Shown: positions 1 through 8,621 of the stretch, in pieces
Numbering within the stretch: the first letter of the stretch is position 1
Layout: every line of letters begins with the position of its first letter
DNA from: Candidatus Fraserbacteria bacterium
GTDB taxonomy: Bacteria; Bipolaricaulota; Bipolaricaulia; RBG-16-55-9
DNA length: 64,000 nt
NCBI GenBank assembly: GCA_037443265.1
Contig: JBBIOR010000004.1
Coordinates: 14,062-78,061, forward strand
Reading direction: 5' to 3'
Translations under genes and position numbers: made by a program
The notes under the pieces: generated by a model
Databases searched by the model: none
What the model was told of the DNA's origin: nothing
The model's input: only the letters and a program-made list of their open reading frames with translations

Positions 1-214
1 TGGCGTTGATCTCGTCGCGGGCGATCTGCGCGCCCCGCTGGGCCGAAACACCCACCTGGAAATTCAAGATAAGAGGAACAAGAAGACCCACTCTGATGGG
101 AGGGGCTGAGCCTTGGGCTAGCGCCGGGGAGAGTGCCAGCGTGCCGAGCCCTGCCCCCAAGACCTTGAGAAACTGCCGGCGGTTGATGGCCGCCGCCCCT
201 CCAGAAGACATCAT
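1..214 (-). CDS. N-terminus of a Tat-exported ABC substrate-binding protein (LivJ/LivK branched-chain amino acid family); runs off the window start
   Basis: Not in the ORF track. My translation of the reverse complement from ATG at 214 is MMSSGGAAAINRRQFLKVLGAGLGTLALSPALAQGSAPPIRVGLLVPL...AQRGAQIARDEINA. It has a twin-arginine RRQFLK signal, an ALA cleavage site, the 'IRVG..VPL...GA.IA.DEINA' pattern of Leu/Ile/Val-binding proteins, and an upstream AGGGGGAG RBS. Confidence 0.8.
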   Translation of the reverse strand, partial: MMSSGGAAAINRRQFLKVLGAGLGTLALSPALAQGSAPPIRVGLLVPLILNFQVGVSAQRGAQIARDEINA

Positions 215-349
215 AATTGATTCTCCCCCTATAGGGCGCTGCTCCAGGGCCGGGAACAGAGTAGGGCCTCCTGGGCGTCGGCGTCAAGTCCGTGGAGGGA
301 TTGGCATCTCCTGGGCCAAGGGCTAGAGGAGAATCAAATTCAAGATGGA

Positions 350-769
350 CTAACGCCGCCGGCGGTCGAGATAGCCCTGCAGGATGAGAACAGCGGAGAG
401 CATATCGCGTAGTTCTTTGCGCTTCCTGCGGCTGAGATCCGCTTCGAGGAGCACCCGTTCGGCTTCCGCCGTCGTGAGTCGCTCATCGCAGAGTTCCACG
501 GGGATCGGGAGAGCTTCGGCGAGGTGGCGCCGGAACTCGAGAATCTCTTGGGCTTTCGGGCCGAGTGAGCCGTCCATGTTCACAGGCAGTCCGATCACGA
601 TCCTTTCGATTTCTTCAGCTTGTACGATACTTTTTAGATATTCGAGATCTTCCGTCAATGAGCGGCGAATATGCCTATCCAAGCCGCGGGCAATCGTTTG
701 GGTCTCGTCGCTGATTGCCAGCCCCATGCGCTTCTCTCCGAGATCGAGCGCTAAAATTCGTCGCTTCAT
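350..769 (-). CDS. ruvX: YqgF/RuvX family pre-16S rRNA nuclease / Holliday junction resolvase-like protein
   Basis: ILALDLGEKRMGLAISD, VIGLPVNMDGS, DERLTT, D..SAVLILQGYLD motifs; 139 aa. Confidence 0.95.
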   Translation of the reverse strand: MKRRILALDLGEKRMGLAISDETQTIARGLDRHIRRSLTEDLEYLKSIVQAEEIERIVIGLPVNMDGSLGPKAQEILEFRRHLAEALPIPVELCDERLTTAEAERVLLEADLSRRKRKELRDMLSAVLILQGYLDRRRR

Positions 770-824
770 GCTCTTCGCCTGGCAGCATAACGAAAAGCGC
801 TATAATGACGCAAGGGATTTTCTA

Positions 825-2069
825 ATGGAGCTGATCGAGAAGGCAGCTGCCATCTTAAAGAGCGAAGTGCTCTGCGATCGCTGCTTGGGGCGGTGTTTTG
901 CCCGGCTGGGCTGTGGGCTGAGCAACAGAGAGCGCGGACGGGCCCTGCGTGTTGTGCTGGCCATGTGGCAAAGAGACGCCTTCCAAGAGCCCGAGAGCTG
1001 CGCGATCTGTCGGGAGATTTTTCAATCGATCGATAGCTGGGTCAAGCGGGCCATCGAGTGCGCCAAGGGCTATGAGTTCCAGACGTATTTGATGGGCGCG
1101 CGCGTTCCTTCTGAGATTGAGGAGGCCGAACGGGCGCTTTGGGGGAGGCATCAAATCAGTCAGGAGCAGGCAGAGCCTCTCCGGCGAGAATTCAATCGCG
1201 AAGTGGGCAAGCGTTTCGGGGGGATTTTGGCCGGCTGCGGCCGAAGGATCCAAGTCGATTTTCACAAGCCCGAGATCGTATTTCTCATCGATCTCGAGCG
1301 AGAAGAACTTCAAATGCAAGTCCACTCGTTCTTCGTTTATGGGCGCTATCGCAAGCTCATTCGCGGCATCCCCCAGACCAAGTGGCCCTGCCGCCAATGC
1401 CATGGCCGAGGCTGTCCGCGCTGCCGCTATACGGGCAAGATGTACTCTGAAAGCGTCGAGGAGCTGATTGCCGGGCCCCTGCTTGAGGCCTCCCAAGGGG
1501 AGGGCCATGCGTTTCATGGGGCAGGCCGCGAGGACATCGATGCCCTCATGCTCGGGAGTGGGCGGCCCTTCGTGCTGGAGATCTCTAAGCCTCGCAAGAG
1601 AAGCCTCAATCTGTCAGAGCTGGAGAGGGCCATCAACGGGCGGGCCCAAGGCAAAGTCGAAGTGGAGGGACTTCGTTTCGTGGAGAGTCGCGCCGTCGAA
1701 GAGATCAAGCGGCTGGAGGCTGAAAAATCTTATCGGGCTCAGGTGGTCTTCGAGCGCGATCTTAAAGAAGAAGAGCTACAGAGCGCCCTCAAAAAGCTCG
1801 TTGGAGTGATCGAGCAGCGGACTCCGCGGAGGGTGAGCCATCGGCGCGCAGATCTCGTGCGCACCCGCCGGGTCCTCTCCATCGAGGGAAGACTCATCGG
1901 GCCACGCGAGGCACTAATCGAACTCATCTGCGAAGGGGGACTCTACGTCAAAGAGCTGATCTCGGGAGACGAGGGGCGGACGCGTCCGAGCTTGGCCGAG
2001 CTACTGAGGGCAAGAGCGCAAGTGACCGAGCTGGATGTGCTTGAAGTGCGAGGGAGATTCCCTGACTAA
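825..2069 (+). CDS. pus10: tRNA pseudouridine(54/55) synthase Pus10 (archaeal/eukaryotic type)
   Basis: Start taken at ATG 825 (MELIEK). N-terminal CDRCLGR...CAIC zinc site, THUMP-like region, GRYRKLIRGIPQTKWPC, catalytic FHGAGREDIDALMLGSGRPFVLE, QRTPRRVSHRRAD, GGLYVKELISGDEGRTRPS. Confidence 0.92.
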   Translation: MELIEKAAAILKSEVLCDRCLGRCFARLGCGLSNRERGRALRVVLAMWQRDAFQEPESCAICREIFQSIDSWVKRAIECAKGYEFQTYLMGARVPSEIEEAERALWGRHQISQEQAEPLRREFNREVGKRFGGILAGCGRRIQVDFHKPEIVFLIDLEREELQMQVHSFFVYGRYRKLIRGIPQTKWPCRQCHGRGCPRCRYTGKMYSESVEELIAGPLLEASQGEGHAFHGAGREDIDALMLGSGRPFVLEISKPRKRSLNLSELERAINGRAQGKVEVEGLRFVESRAVEEIKRLEAEKSYRAQVVFERDLKEEELQSALKKLVGVIEQRTPRRVSHRRADLVRTRRVLSIEGRLIGPREALIELICEGGLYVKELISGDEGRTRPSLAELLRARAQVTELDVLEVRGRFPD

Positions 2070-2482
2070 CTCTCGGGATTGATGCGATACTCGTAGCTGA
2101 TCTCGACACGGAGAGAGTTGGCCACGGTGCAATACTTTGCGAGCGAGAGCTCAATCGATCGTTTCAGGGCATCCTCGGGGATCTCTCGGCCCCAGATCTT
2201 GTAGATCAGATGAATCTTCTTGAGGTGTTTTGGGGGCCCCGGCTCGATCTCGCCTTCGACTTCGATCTCGAAGTCGTCGAACACTACGCGTTTTTTATTC
2301 AAAATGGAGATGACGTCCATGCCGGTGCAGGCGCCTTGGGCGATGAGGACAAGCTCTGTGGGAGTGGGAGCGGAGCTGAAGCCGCCCACGTCGGGCGACG
2401 TATCGGCGACGACGGCGTGATTGCTTCCAGAGAGCCCCACAAATTGCAGGCCGCGATTCCAGACGACTCTTGCTTTGGGCAT
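2066..2482 (-). CDS. OsmC family protein
   Basis: PTELVLIAQGACTGMDV and KYCTVANSL two-cysteine OsmC/Ohr pattern. Confidence 0.9.
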   Translation of the reverse strand: MPKARVVWNRGLQFVGLSGSNHAVVADTSPDVGGFSSAPTPTELVLIAQGACTGMDVISILNKKRVVFDDFEIEVEGEIEPGPPKHLKKIHLIYKIWGREIPEDALKRSIELSLAKYCTVANSLRVEISYEYRINPES

Positions 2483-2530
2483 GACGAGAAAATTTTAGCC
2501 GAACTTCGCGCCGAATGCTAGAATGCCATA

Positions 2531-2983
2531 ATGAGGGAAGGCGATCAAACTATGCAGGCCGATAAGTCCCGGCAATTTGCGATCCCCAAGGCCGAGAAGA
2601 AGCAAGTTGCACAGAGACTGCGTCAGGCACTCCAAGCCAAGCCTGAGGTGCTCTTTGCGTTCCTATACGGCTCGTTTTGGGAAGGGGCGTTCCGAGATAT
2701 CGACATTGCCGTCTTTCTGGGTGAGAAGAGCATTTCTCCTGAGCGACAGCTGGATTATCAGCTAGATCTCATCGAAGAGCTGGCTCCTTTGGTGGATTAC
2801 CCCCTCGATGTGCGCGTGCTCAATGGCGCTCCTCTGGCGTTTCGCTATAACGTCTACCGAGGTCAGCTGCTCTTCACAAGAGACGAACGCCTCTCAAGTC
2901 AGTTTGTGGAGCGCACGTGGGATGAGTATTTTGACTTTCTGCCGATCATCGATAAATATCTGGAGGAGTTTGCCCATGGCTGA
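2531..2983 (+). CDS. Minimal nucleotidyltransferase (MNT) antitoxin, MntA-like
   Basis: AFLYGS...RDIDIAV and VDVR.LN.AP motifs; directly upstream of a HEPN gene; alternative start at 2552. Confidence 0.85.
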   Translation: MREGDQTMQADKSRQFAIPKAEKKQVAQRLRQALQAKPEVLFAFLYGSFWEGAFRDIDIAVFLGEKSISPERQLDYQLDLIEELAPLVDYPLDVRVLNGAPLAFRYNVYRGQLLFTRDERLSSQFVERTWDEYFDFLPIIDKYLEEFAHG

Positions 2984-3292
2984 GCTGGATCGAGGGCGAA
3001 ATATCTTCTAGTGAAAGCTACGGAAGCGGCCATCGACATCTGTAACCACATTGCGAGCACTCAAGGAGGCCGCGCCCCCAAAGACTATGCCGACTGCTTT
3101 GCGGTCCTTGAAGAACTGAGGGTTATCTCCAGTGACCTTGCGGGTCGTCTCAAGCGAATGGCTCGCTTTCGCAACTTGATCGTCCATCTCTATTGGCAGG
3201 TGGATGATGCTAAAGTCTACAAGGTTATCAAGGAAGACCTAGGAGATCTAGAAGAATACCTAAAGCAAATTGCACTCTATATCCAGAGCTGA
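2976..3292 (+). pseudogene. HEPN (DUF86/HepT-like) RNase toxin disrupted by an internal deletion and frameshift
   Basis: Strong RBS (GGAGGAG) and ATG at 2976 give MAELDRGRNIF* (TAG 3009-3011). From about 2996 another frame reads AKYLLVKATEAAIDICNHI...RFRNLIVHLYWQVD, containing the HEPN R-x4-H motif. Confidence 0.8.
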
Positions 3293-3321
3293 TGATCGGG
3301 CCAGCTGGTAGTTCTGGCCGC

Positions 3322-3837
3322 TTAGCTCTTCTCAAACACCAGATCCCCGTGCCTCTTGATATATTCGATGATCCCGCCTTCACTCAGAATCTGCATCATG
3401 ATTGGAGGGATGCGCCCGGCCGGCAGCTGAGTGCCCTTCGTCTTGTTGTGAATTACGCCCTGCTCCAGATCGATCTCCAGCTCGTCTCCGTGATCGATCT
3501 TGTCGGTGTCTGTGGTGAGCGCCGGAAGCCCGATGTTGAAACAATTACGATAGAAGATGCGCGCGAAGGATTTCGCAAGCACTATGGGCACGCCCGAAAG
3601 TTTAATAAGCCGGGCCGCGTGCTCCCGCGACGAGCCCTGCCCGAAATTGCGCCCTGCCACGACGATGTACGCTTCTTTGCGCTCTAATGCCGCTGGAGCG
3701 AACTTTGGGTCGGCATCCTCGAGCACATGCTTGACGAATTCATTGAGATTATCCCGGAGATTGGCATAGCGCCCCGGGGCGATGAGATCTGTAGAGACAT
3801 AATCTCCAAACTTCCAGGCTCTGCCTCGGATGATCAT
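3322..3837 (-). CDS. leuD: 3-isopropylmalate dehydratase / homoaconitase small subunit (LeuD/HacB, short archaeal-like type)
   Basis: GRAWKFGD.VSTD.IAPG, NFGQGSSREHA, SFARIFYRN.FNIGLP. Confidence 0.88.
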   Translation of the reverse strand: MIIRGRAWKFGDYVSTDLIAPGRYANLRDNLNEFVKHVLEDADPKFAPAALERKEAYIVVAGRNFGQGSSREHAARLIKLSGVPIVLAKSFARIFYRNCFNIGLPALTTDTDKIDHGDELEIDLEQGVIHNKTKGTQLPAGRIPPIMMQILSEGGIIEYIKRHGDLVFEKS

Positions 3838-3856
3838 GCTCGTGCCTCCTCTATGC

Positions 3857-5134
3857 CTACTCTGTGCCGTTCTTGAGATAGGGCCTGGGATCGGCGATAA
3901 CGCCCTCGATGGCCGTGGCTGCGGCCGTGGCTGGCGAGGTCAGATAGATGAAAGAATTGGGATTGCCCAAGCGACCCTTGAAATTGCGGTTCTGCGTGGC
4001 CACGCAGACCTCTCCGTCGGAGAGCAAGCCAAATTGCATCCCGGGACACGGCCCGCAGGCGGCGTGCGCAATGATCGCCCCGGCTTCCTCTAGCTTCCGG
4101 ATGATCCCCTTCTTGAGCGCCTGGCGATAGATCCAGCGCGAGCCGGGATAGACTAAAAAGCGCAAGTCTTCAGCTACTTGTCTGCCCCTGACGATCTCCG
4201 CGGCCACTTTGAGATCTTCCAGCCGCCCATTCGTGCACGTGCCCAAGAAGACCTGGTGGACTTTTACTCTCTTTTGGGCCACCTCGCTGATGGGCTTAAC
4301 GTTGCCCGGCGTATGAGGCTCGGAGACCAAAGGCTCCAGCTTGGAGACGTCAATCTCATAGACGCGCTCATAGGAGGCATCCGGGTCGGGCTCGATGGGC
4401 TGCCAGTGAGCCTCGCGGCCGTGAAGCTTCAACCAGCGCTTTGTCTCTTTGTCCGATGGGAAAAGACCCAGCTTGGCTCCACACTCCTGAGCCATGCTCG
4501 TAATAGTAAAGCGCGCGTCCATGGAGAGCTCTTTGATCGCAGGGCCGCCGTACTCCATGGCCTTATAAGCGGCGCCGTCCTCGCCGATGAGTCTTATGAT
4601 CTGCAGAATGATATCTTTGGCATAGACACCCTGGGGGAGCTTCCCATGAAGCTCAAAGCGGATCGTCTCGGGAACCCGGAACCACTGCTTGCCCAGCGCC
4701 ATGGCGATCGCCGTGTCCGTCGAGCCCATGCCGGTGGCAAACGCGCACATCCCGGCGGCCGTGCTCGTGTGAGAGTCGGCCCCCACGACGACATCTCCCG
4801 GCTTGACATAGCGCTCTGAAAGCAGAATATGGCTGATGCCTTCGCCCACTTCAGCGAGAAGACATCCGGTCTCCTGCGCGAATTTTCTGAGGCGCCCATG
4901 CATGGTCGCGTATTCCGGGCGGCCCGGAGGACCCAAATGATCCAACACGATCAGGGCGCGCTCGGGATATTTTAAAAAATCCCGGCCCATCAGCTGCCGG
5001 ATGACATCGAAAGTGAGCGTGCCCGTGCCGTCTTGGACTATGGCCATGTCGACCTCACAGAGCGCGATGTCTCCGGCCCGGACGTCATAGCCCAATCTCA
5101 TGGAGAGAATCTTCTCGGCCAGTGTGAGTCCCAC
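3857..5134 (-). CDS. leuC: 3-isopropylmalate dehydratase / homoaconitase large subunit (LeuC/HacA)
   Basis: GADSHT, GMGSTD, [4Fe-4S] ligands GTCTNG and CGPCPG, NRNFKGRLG; GTG start with GAGGAGG RBS. Confidence 0.9.
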   Translation of the reverse strand: MGLTLAEKILSMRLGYDVRAGDIALCEVDMAIVQDGTGTLTFDVIRQLMGRDFLKYPERALIVLDHLGPPGRPEYATMHGRLRKFAQETGCLLAEVGEGISHILLSERYVKPGDVVVGADSHTSTAAGMCAFATGMGSTDTAIAMALGKQWFRVPETIRFELHGKLPQGVYAKDIILQIIRLIGEDGAAYKAMEYGGPAIKELSMDARFTITSMAQECGAKLGLFPSDKETKRWLKLHGREAHWQPIEPDPDASYERVYEIDVSKLEPLVSEPHTPGNVKPISEVAQKRVKVHQVFLGTCTNGRLEDLKVAAEIVRGRQVAEDLRFLVYPGSRWIYRQALKKGIIRKLEEAGAIIAHAACGPCPGMQFGLLSDGEVCVATQNRNFKGRLGNPNSFIYLTSPATAAATAIEGVIADPRPYLKNGTE

Positions 5135-5276
5135 AGTGCCGCCTCCTCGAAACGTGCGTCAGTATAGCATAGAGGAGCGCACAATGCGAGCTCTCAGTCG
5201 CAGGCACGCCATTTGCTCTTCTCGGATCTTGCGGCTATGCTGTAAGTTCAACATCACCCGTGAGAGGGATGAGCCT

Positions 5277-6785
5277 ATGGAAGATAAATTTCGCAAATTA
5301 AGAGAACTTCTGGCTAGAGTCAGCGATCTTGGCAGCGCCGCGGCGGTCTTGGGCTGGGATCAGGAGACGTACATGCCGCCGGGAGCTGCGGCGGCCAGAG
5401 CCGAACAGATCGCGACTTTGGGCAAACTGGCGCATGAGTTTTTCATCTCAGATGAGATCGGAGATCTCTTGGAAGCCCTGGAACCGCAAGTCCGCTCGCT
5501 GCCGTATGACTCCTTGGAGGCGAGCCTGGTACGGGTGACCAAGCGCGATTACGAGAAAGCGAGAAAGCTGCCGAGTGAGCTTGTCGCCGAGATCGCCCGA
5601 ACGGCTGCGCTCGGGCGACAGGCTTGGAAGGAGGCCAAAGACACAGCCAATTTCGTCAAATTCCAGCCGTATATGGAGAAGATCGTCGATCTCAGCCTCC
5701 AGAAGGCCGAAGCCTACGGCTACGAAGATCGCATCTACGATGCGCTGCTGGATGACTATGAGCCCGACATGAAGACGGCCCACGTCGAGAAGATCTTCGC
5801 GGATTTGAAAGCGGAGCTTGTGCCGATCGTGCGCGCCATCTCCGAGCGCGAGAAGCCCGATGACTCGTTCTTGCGCAAAGAGTACGATGAGCAGGCCCAA
5901 TGGAACTTCGGGCTCGAAGTCATCAGGGATTTTGGCTTCGATCTGAAGAGGGGCCGCCAAGATCTCTCGGCCCACCCCTTTACGACGGCCTTCTCCGTCC
6001 ATGACGTGCGGCTGACTACGCGCATCCAGAAGAACTATCTGCCCACGGCCCTCTTCGGCACGCTCCACGAGTGTGGCCACGGGCTCTATCACCAAGGCCT
6101 CGATCCCCAACTGGATCGGACTCCTCTGGCGGATGGAGCCTCCCTCGGCGTGCACGAGTCGCAATCGCGCTTGTGGGAGAATCTGGTGGGCCGAAGCCGC
6201 CTCTTCGGGAGTCACTACTACCCGCGCTTAAAGAAGCTCTTCCCCGCGCAGCTTAAGAACGTGAGCCTGGAGCGCTTCTATCAGGCGATCAATCGTGTCG
6301 AGCCCTCCCTCATCCGCGTCGAAGCCGACGAAGTGACGTACAATCTGCATATCATGCTGCGCTTTGAGCTGGAGAACGCCCTGCTGGAGGGGCGAGTCAA
6401 AGTGCGCGATCTCCCGGAGATCTGGAACGCCAAGATGGAAGAGTATTTAGGCCTTGTGCCGCCCAATGATGCCCAGGGCGTGCTGCAGGACATCCACTGG
6501 TCGCAGGCATATCTGGGATATTTCCCAACGTATTCGCTCGGGAATCTGATGAGCGCGCAGCTATTCGAGCAGGCCGTAAAAGACATCCCCTCGTTGCCGG
6601 AGCAAATCGCATCAGGCCAATTTGCTGAGCTTTTAGGATGGCTGAGGCAGAAGATCCATCGCCACGGCAGAAAATTTACGCCCATGGAACTGCTCCAACG
6701 AGCCACAGGCAAAGAACTCCAAGCGCAGAGCTATCTGACCTACATCCGCGAGAAATATTCCGACATCTACGGCGCGCTCGACTGA
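5277..6785 (+). CDS. Carboxypeptidase Taq family (peptidase M32)
   Basis: Start MEDKF at 5277; HPF, HECGH (HExxH), HESQS, IRVEADE, QDIHW, GYFPTY motifs. Confidence 0.95.
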   Translation: MEDKFRKLRELLARVSDLGSAAAVLGWDQETYMPPGAAAARAEQIATLGKLAHEFFISDEIGDLLEALEPQVRSLPYDSLEASLVRVTKRDYEKARKLPSELVAEIARTAALGRQAWKEAKDTANFVKFQPYMEKIVDLSLQKAEAYGYEDRIYDALLDDYEPDMKTAHVEKIFADLKAELVPIVRAISEREKPDDSFLRKEYDEQAQWNFGLEVIRDFGFDLKRGRQDLSAHPFTTAFSVHDVRLTTRIQKNYLPTALFGTLHECGHGLYHQGLDPQLDRTPLADGASLGVHESQSRLWENLVGRSRLFGSHYYPRLKKLFPAQLKNVSLERFYQAINRVEPSLIRVEADEVTYNLHIMLRFELENALLEGRVKVRDLPEIWNAKMEEYLGLVPPNDAQGVLQDIHWSQAYLGYFPTYSLGNLMSAQLFEQAVKDIPSLPEQIASGQFAELLGWLRQKIHRHGRKFTPMELLQRATGKELQAQSYLTYIREKYSDIYGALD

Positions 6786-6795
6786 AAGCCGGCGC

Positions 6796-7263
6796 TTAAC
6801 GGCCGAGCTTGCGGAGCATCCGTCGCCTGTGACGCCTCTTGGCTGCCAGCTTCCTCTTGCGCTTGCGCAGCCATTTGGGCATGTATTGCAATCTCATCTT
6901 GGCCATAGCTAAGGTCATGGGTAGCGGCCTAAGCTCGCGTCGCAGCGGGTCGAGCATGAGCCCTAAGGCCTCCAGGGTGACCATGCCCAGAAGATGGCTG
7001 TCTCCGGGCTCCCCGAAGATCACGGGTGAAGCGCCTCGCCGCCCGCCATACTCAAAGAGCGCATCGCCCAGCTCCCGCTCAATCGTATCGCCGTTGGCGA
7101 GAGTGAACTGCTGCTTGGAATGGGGTTTGATGCCCAACTCCGTCAACGCGCTCTTGGGGACCACGGAGTAGACTGCGCCTGAGTCTACCAGAAAGCGCAG
7201 CTTCATGGATCTACTGGGCCTCGCCGGATTCGCTATCGCGATTTGAATATATGTCAGTCCCAT
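6796..7263 (-). CDS. Clan AA retropepsin-like aspartyl protease (AF_0612-like) with a 36-aa Lys/Arg-rich C-terminal extension
   Basis: FLVDSGA catalytic motif, FTLANG, LLG..TLEALGL.LDP..RELRP, then an in-frame tail MAKMRLQYMPKWLRKRKRKLAAKRRHRRRMLRKLGR. Confidence 0.85.
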   Translation of the reverse strand: MGLTYIQIAIANPARPSRSMKLRFLVDSGAVYSVVPKSALTELGIKPHSKQQFTLANGDTIERELGDALFEYGGRRGASPVIFGEPGDSHLLGMVTLEALGLMLDPLRRELRPLPMTLAMAKMRLQYMPKWLRKRKRKLAAKRRHRRRMLRKLGR

Positions 7264-7283
7264 AAGCTCTCTCTTACAGTCTA

Positions 7284-8495
7284 TCAAATCCGAACTGTGT
7301 TTGCAGGGCGAAAGTCAACAGACAGCGCTAGGGCAGCCAGTAGGGCCAGCACACTCCCATAGATGAAGGCCATCGCTGGGTCGATCGTCTGCCAGAGCGC
7401 TCCTGCGACTAAGCCGCCCGCCAAAGCCCCAACTCCCAGGCTCATGTGGAAAAGACCCAGAGCGGTCCCCCGAGTGAGCGGCTCAGCCAGATCCGCGGCG
7501 AACGCCCGCTGATTGCTCTCGATCAGGGCATAGGCCGCTCCATAGAGCACAAATAGCCCGATAAATGGCCAAAGATCGCGCGTCCAGGCGAATCCCAGAG
7601 CCGTCATGCTGAACAGGAGATAGCCTGTGATGAGCACCCAACGCCGACCCCATCGATCCGAGAGGCGACCGGCTGGCGCCGCCAAGAGCGCGTAGACGGT
7701 GTTAAAGAGCACATACATGGCGATCGGCAGCCCCAGTGAGAGCTTCGACGGCTCGGTGCCCGGCGGAGCGAAGGCGACGTGTACCTTGAGCAAGAAGAAC
7801 ATGTAGCTGAAGTTGGCCAGCGCAAAGAGGGTCATCGCCAGAAGAGCGCGCCGAAACGTACGCGATAGTGACGTGAGCTGACCCCACCACGGCCCGGCGT
7901 GCCGATGGCCTGAGGGAGAGTTCTCCTGAACAAAGGCCAGAGGAATGAGCGAGCTTAGGGCAATGATTCCTCCTACGATCACGATGGAGCGTAGATCGAG
8001 TGCGAAGACCCAAAATAGAAGAAGAGCGCAGAGGGAGCCCAGGACAGCTCCGCTGGTGTCCATCATGCGATGGAATCCGAAGTTGATCCCTCGGGTGGCT
8101 GTCGGCACGGCATCGGCGATGAGGGCATCGCGCGCGGGCGTTCGAATCCCCTTGCCCACTCGATCTAACATGCGCAGGAACAAGAGATGCAGCCATGTGG
8201 TGGAGAATCCCATAAGCAGCCTCATGAGCGACGTGAAGCCATAGCCGGCGAAGACAAAGCCCTTGCGAGTGCGGGCCCGGTCTGACCAGAGCCCGGAGAA
8301 GGCACTGAGCAGGCTCTTGGCCGCCTCTTCTAAGCCTCCGATGAGTCCGATGATGAGCCCGCCACCGCCCAATTGGGCGATAAACAGCGGCAGCACCGCC
8401 ATGACGATCTCGCCGCTCAAGTCATTCAGAAGGCTCACGGCCCCCAGGAGCAGCACCGTCTTGTGGATCTGCCCTCTCCAGCTGAGTGGCTGCAT
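7284..8495 (-). CDS. MFS transporter
   Basis: About 12 hydrophobic segments, G.WSDR and G.LSDRWGRR motif A, DRVGKGIRTPARDALIAD; start MQPL at 8495. Confidence 0.9.
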   Translation of the reverse strand: MQPLSWRGQIHKTVLLLGAVSLLNDLSGEIVMAVLPLFIAQLGGGGLIIGLIGGLEEAAKSLLSAFSGLWSDRARTRKGFVFAGYGFTSLMRLLMGFSTTWLHLLFLRMLDRVGKGIRTPARDALIADAVPTATRGINFGFHRMMDTSGAVLGSLCALLLFWVFALDLRSIVIVGGIIALSSLIPLAFVQENSPSGHRHAGPWWGQLTSLSRTFRRALLAMTLFALANFSYMFFLLKVHVAFAPPGTEPSKLSLGLPIAMYVLFNTVYALLAAPAGRLSDRWGRRWVLITGYLLFSMTALGFAWTRDLWPFIGLFVLYGAAYALIESNQRAFAADLAEPLTRGTALGLFHMSLGVGALAGGLVAGALWQTIDPAMAFIYGSVLALLAALALSVDFRPANTVRI

Positions 8496-8536
8496 GATCC
8501 GCATTATAGAGAGCGCGATCCACTCGCGCGAGCCGT

Positions 8537-8565
8537 TTGACAAGCCCCCGCCCAGTTGGTAGGCT
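8537..8565 (+). promoter_or_regulatory. Sigma70-type promoter for infB-ylxP-rbfA
   Basis: TTGACA (8537-8542), 17 nt spacer, TAGGCT (8560-8565) with an extended TG. Confidence 0.6.
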
Positions 8566-8621
8566 GTAGCTGGCATTCATCCCAATCTTCTCAGCGCGGG
8601 GCGCTGAAGCGGAAAGGACGT

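Noticed and set aside
384..824. N-terminal 147 aa of the 561-aa ORF
   Set aside because: Antisense shadow of ruvX. Pus10 homology begins at ATG 825, downstream of TATAAT (801).
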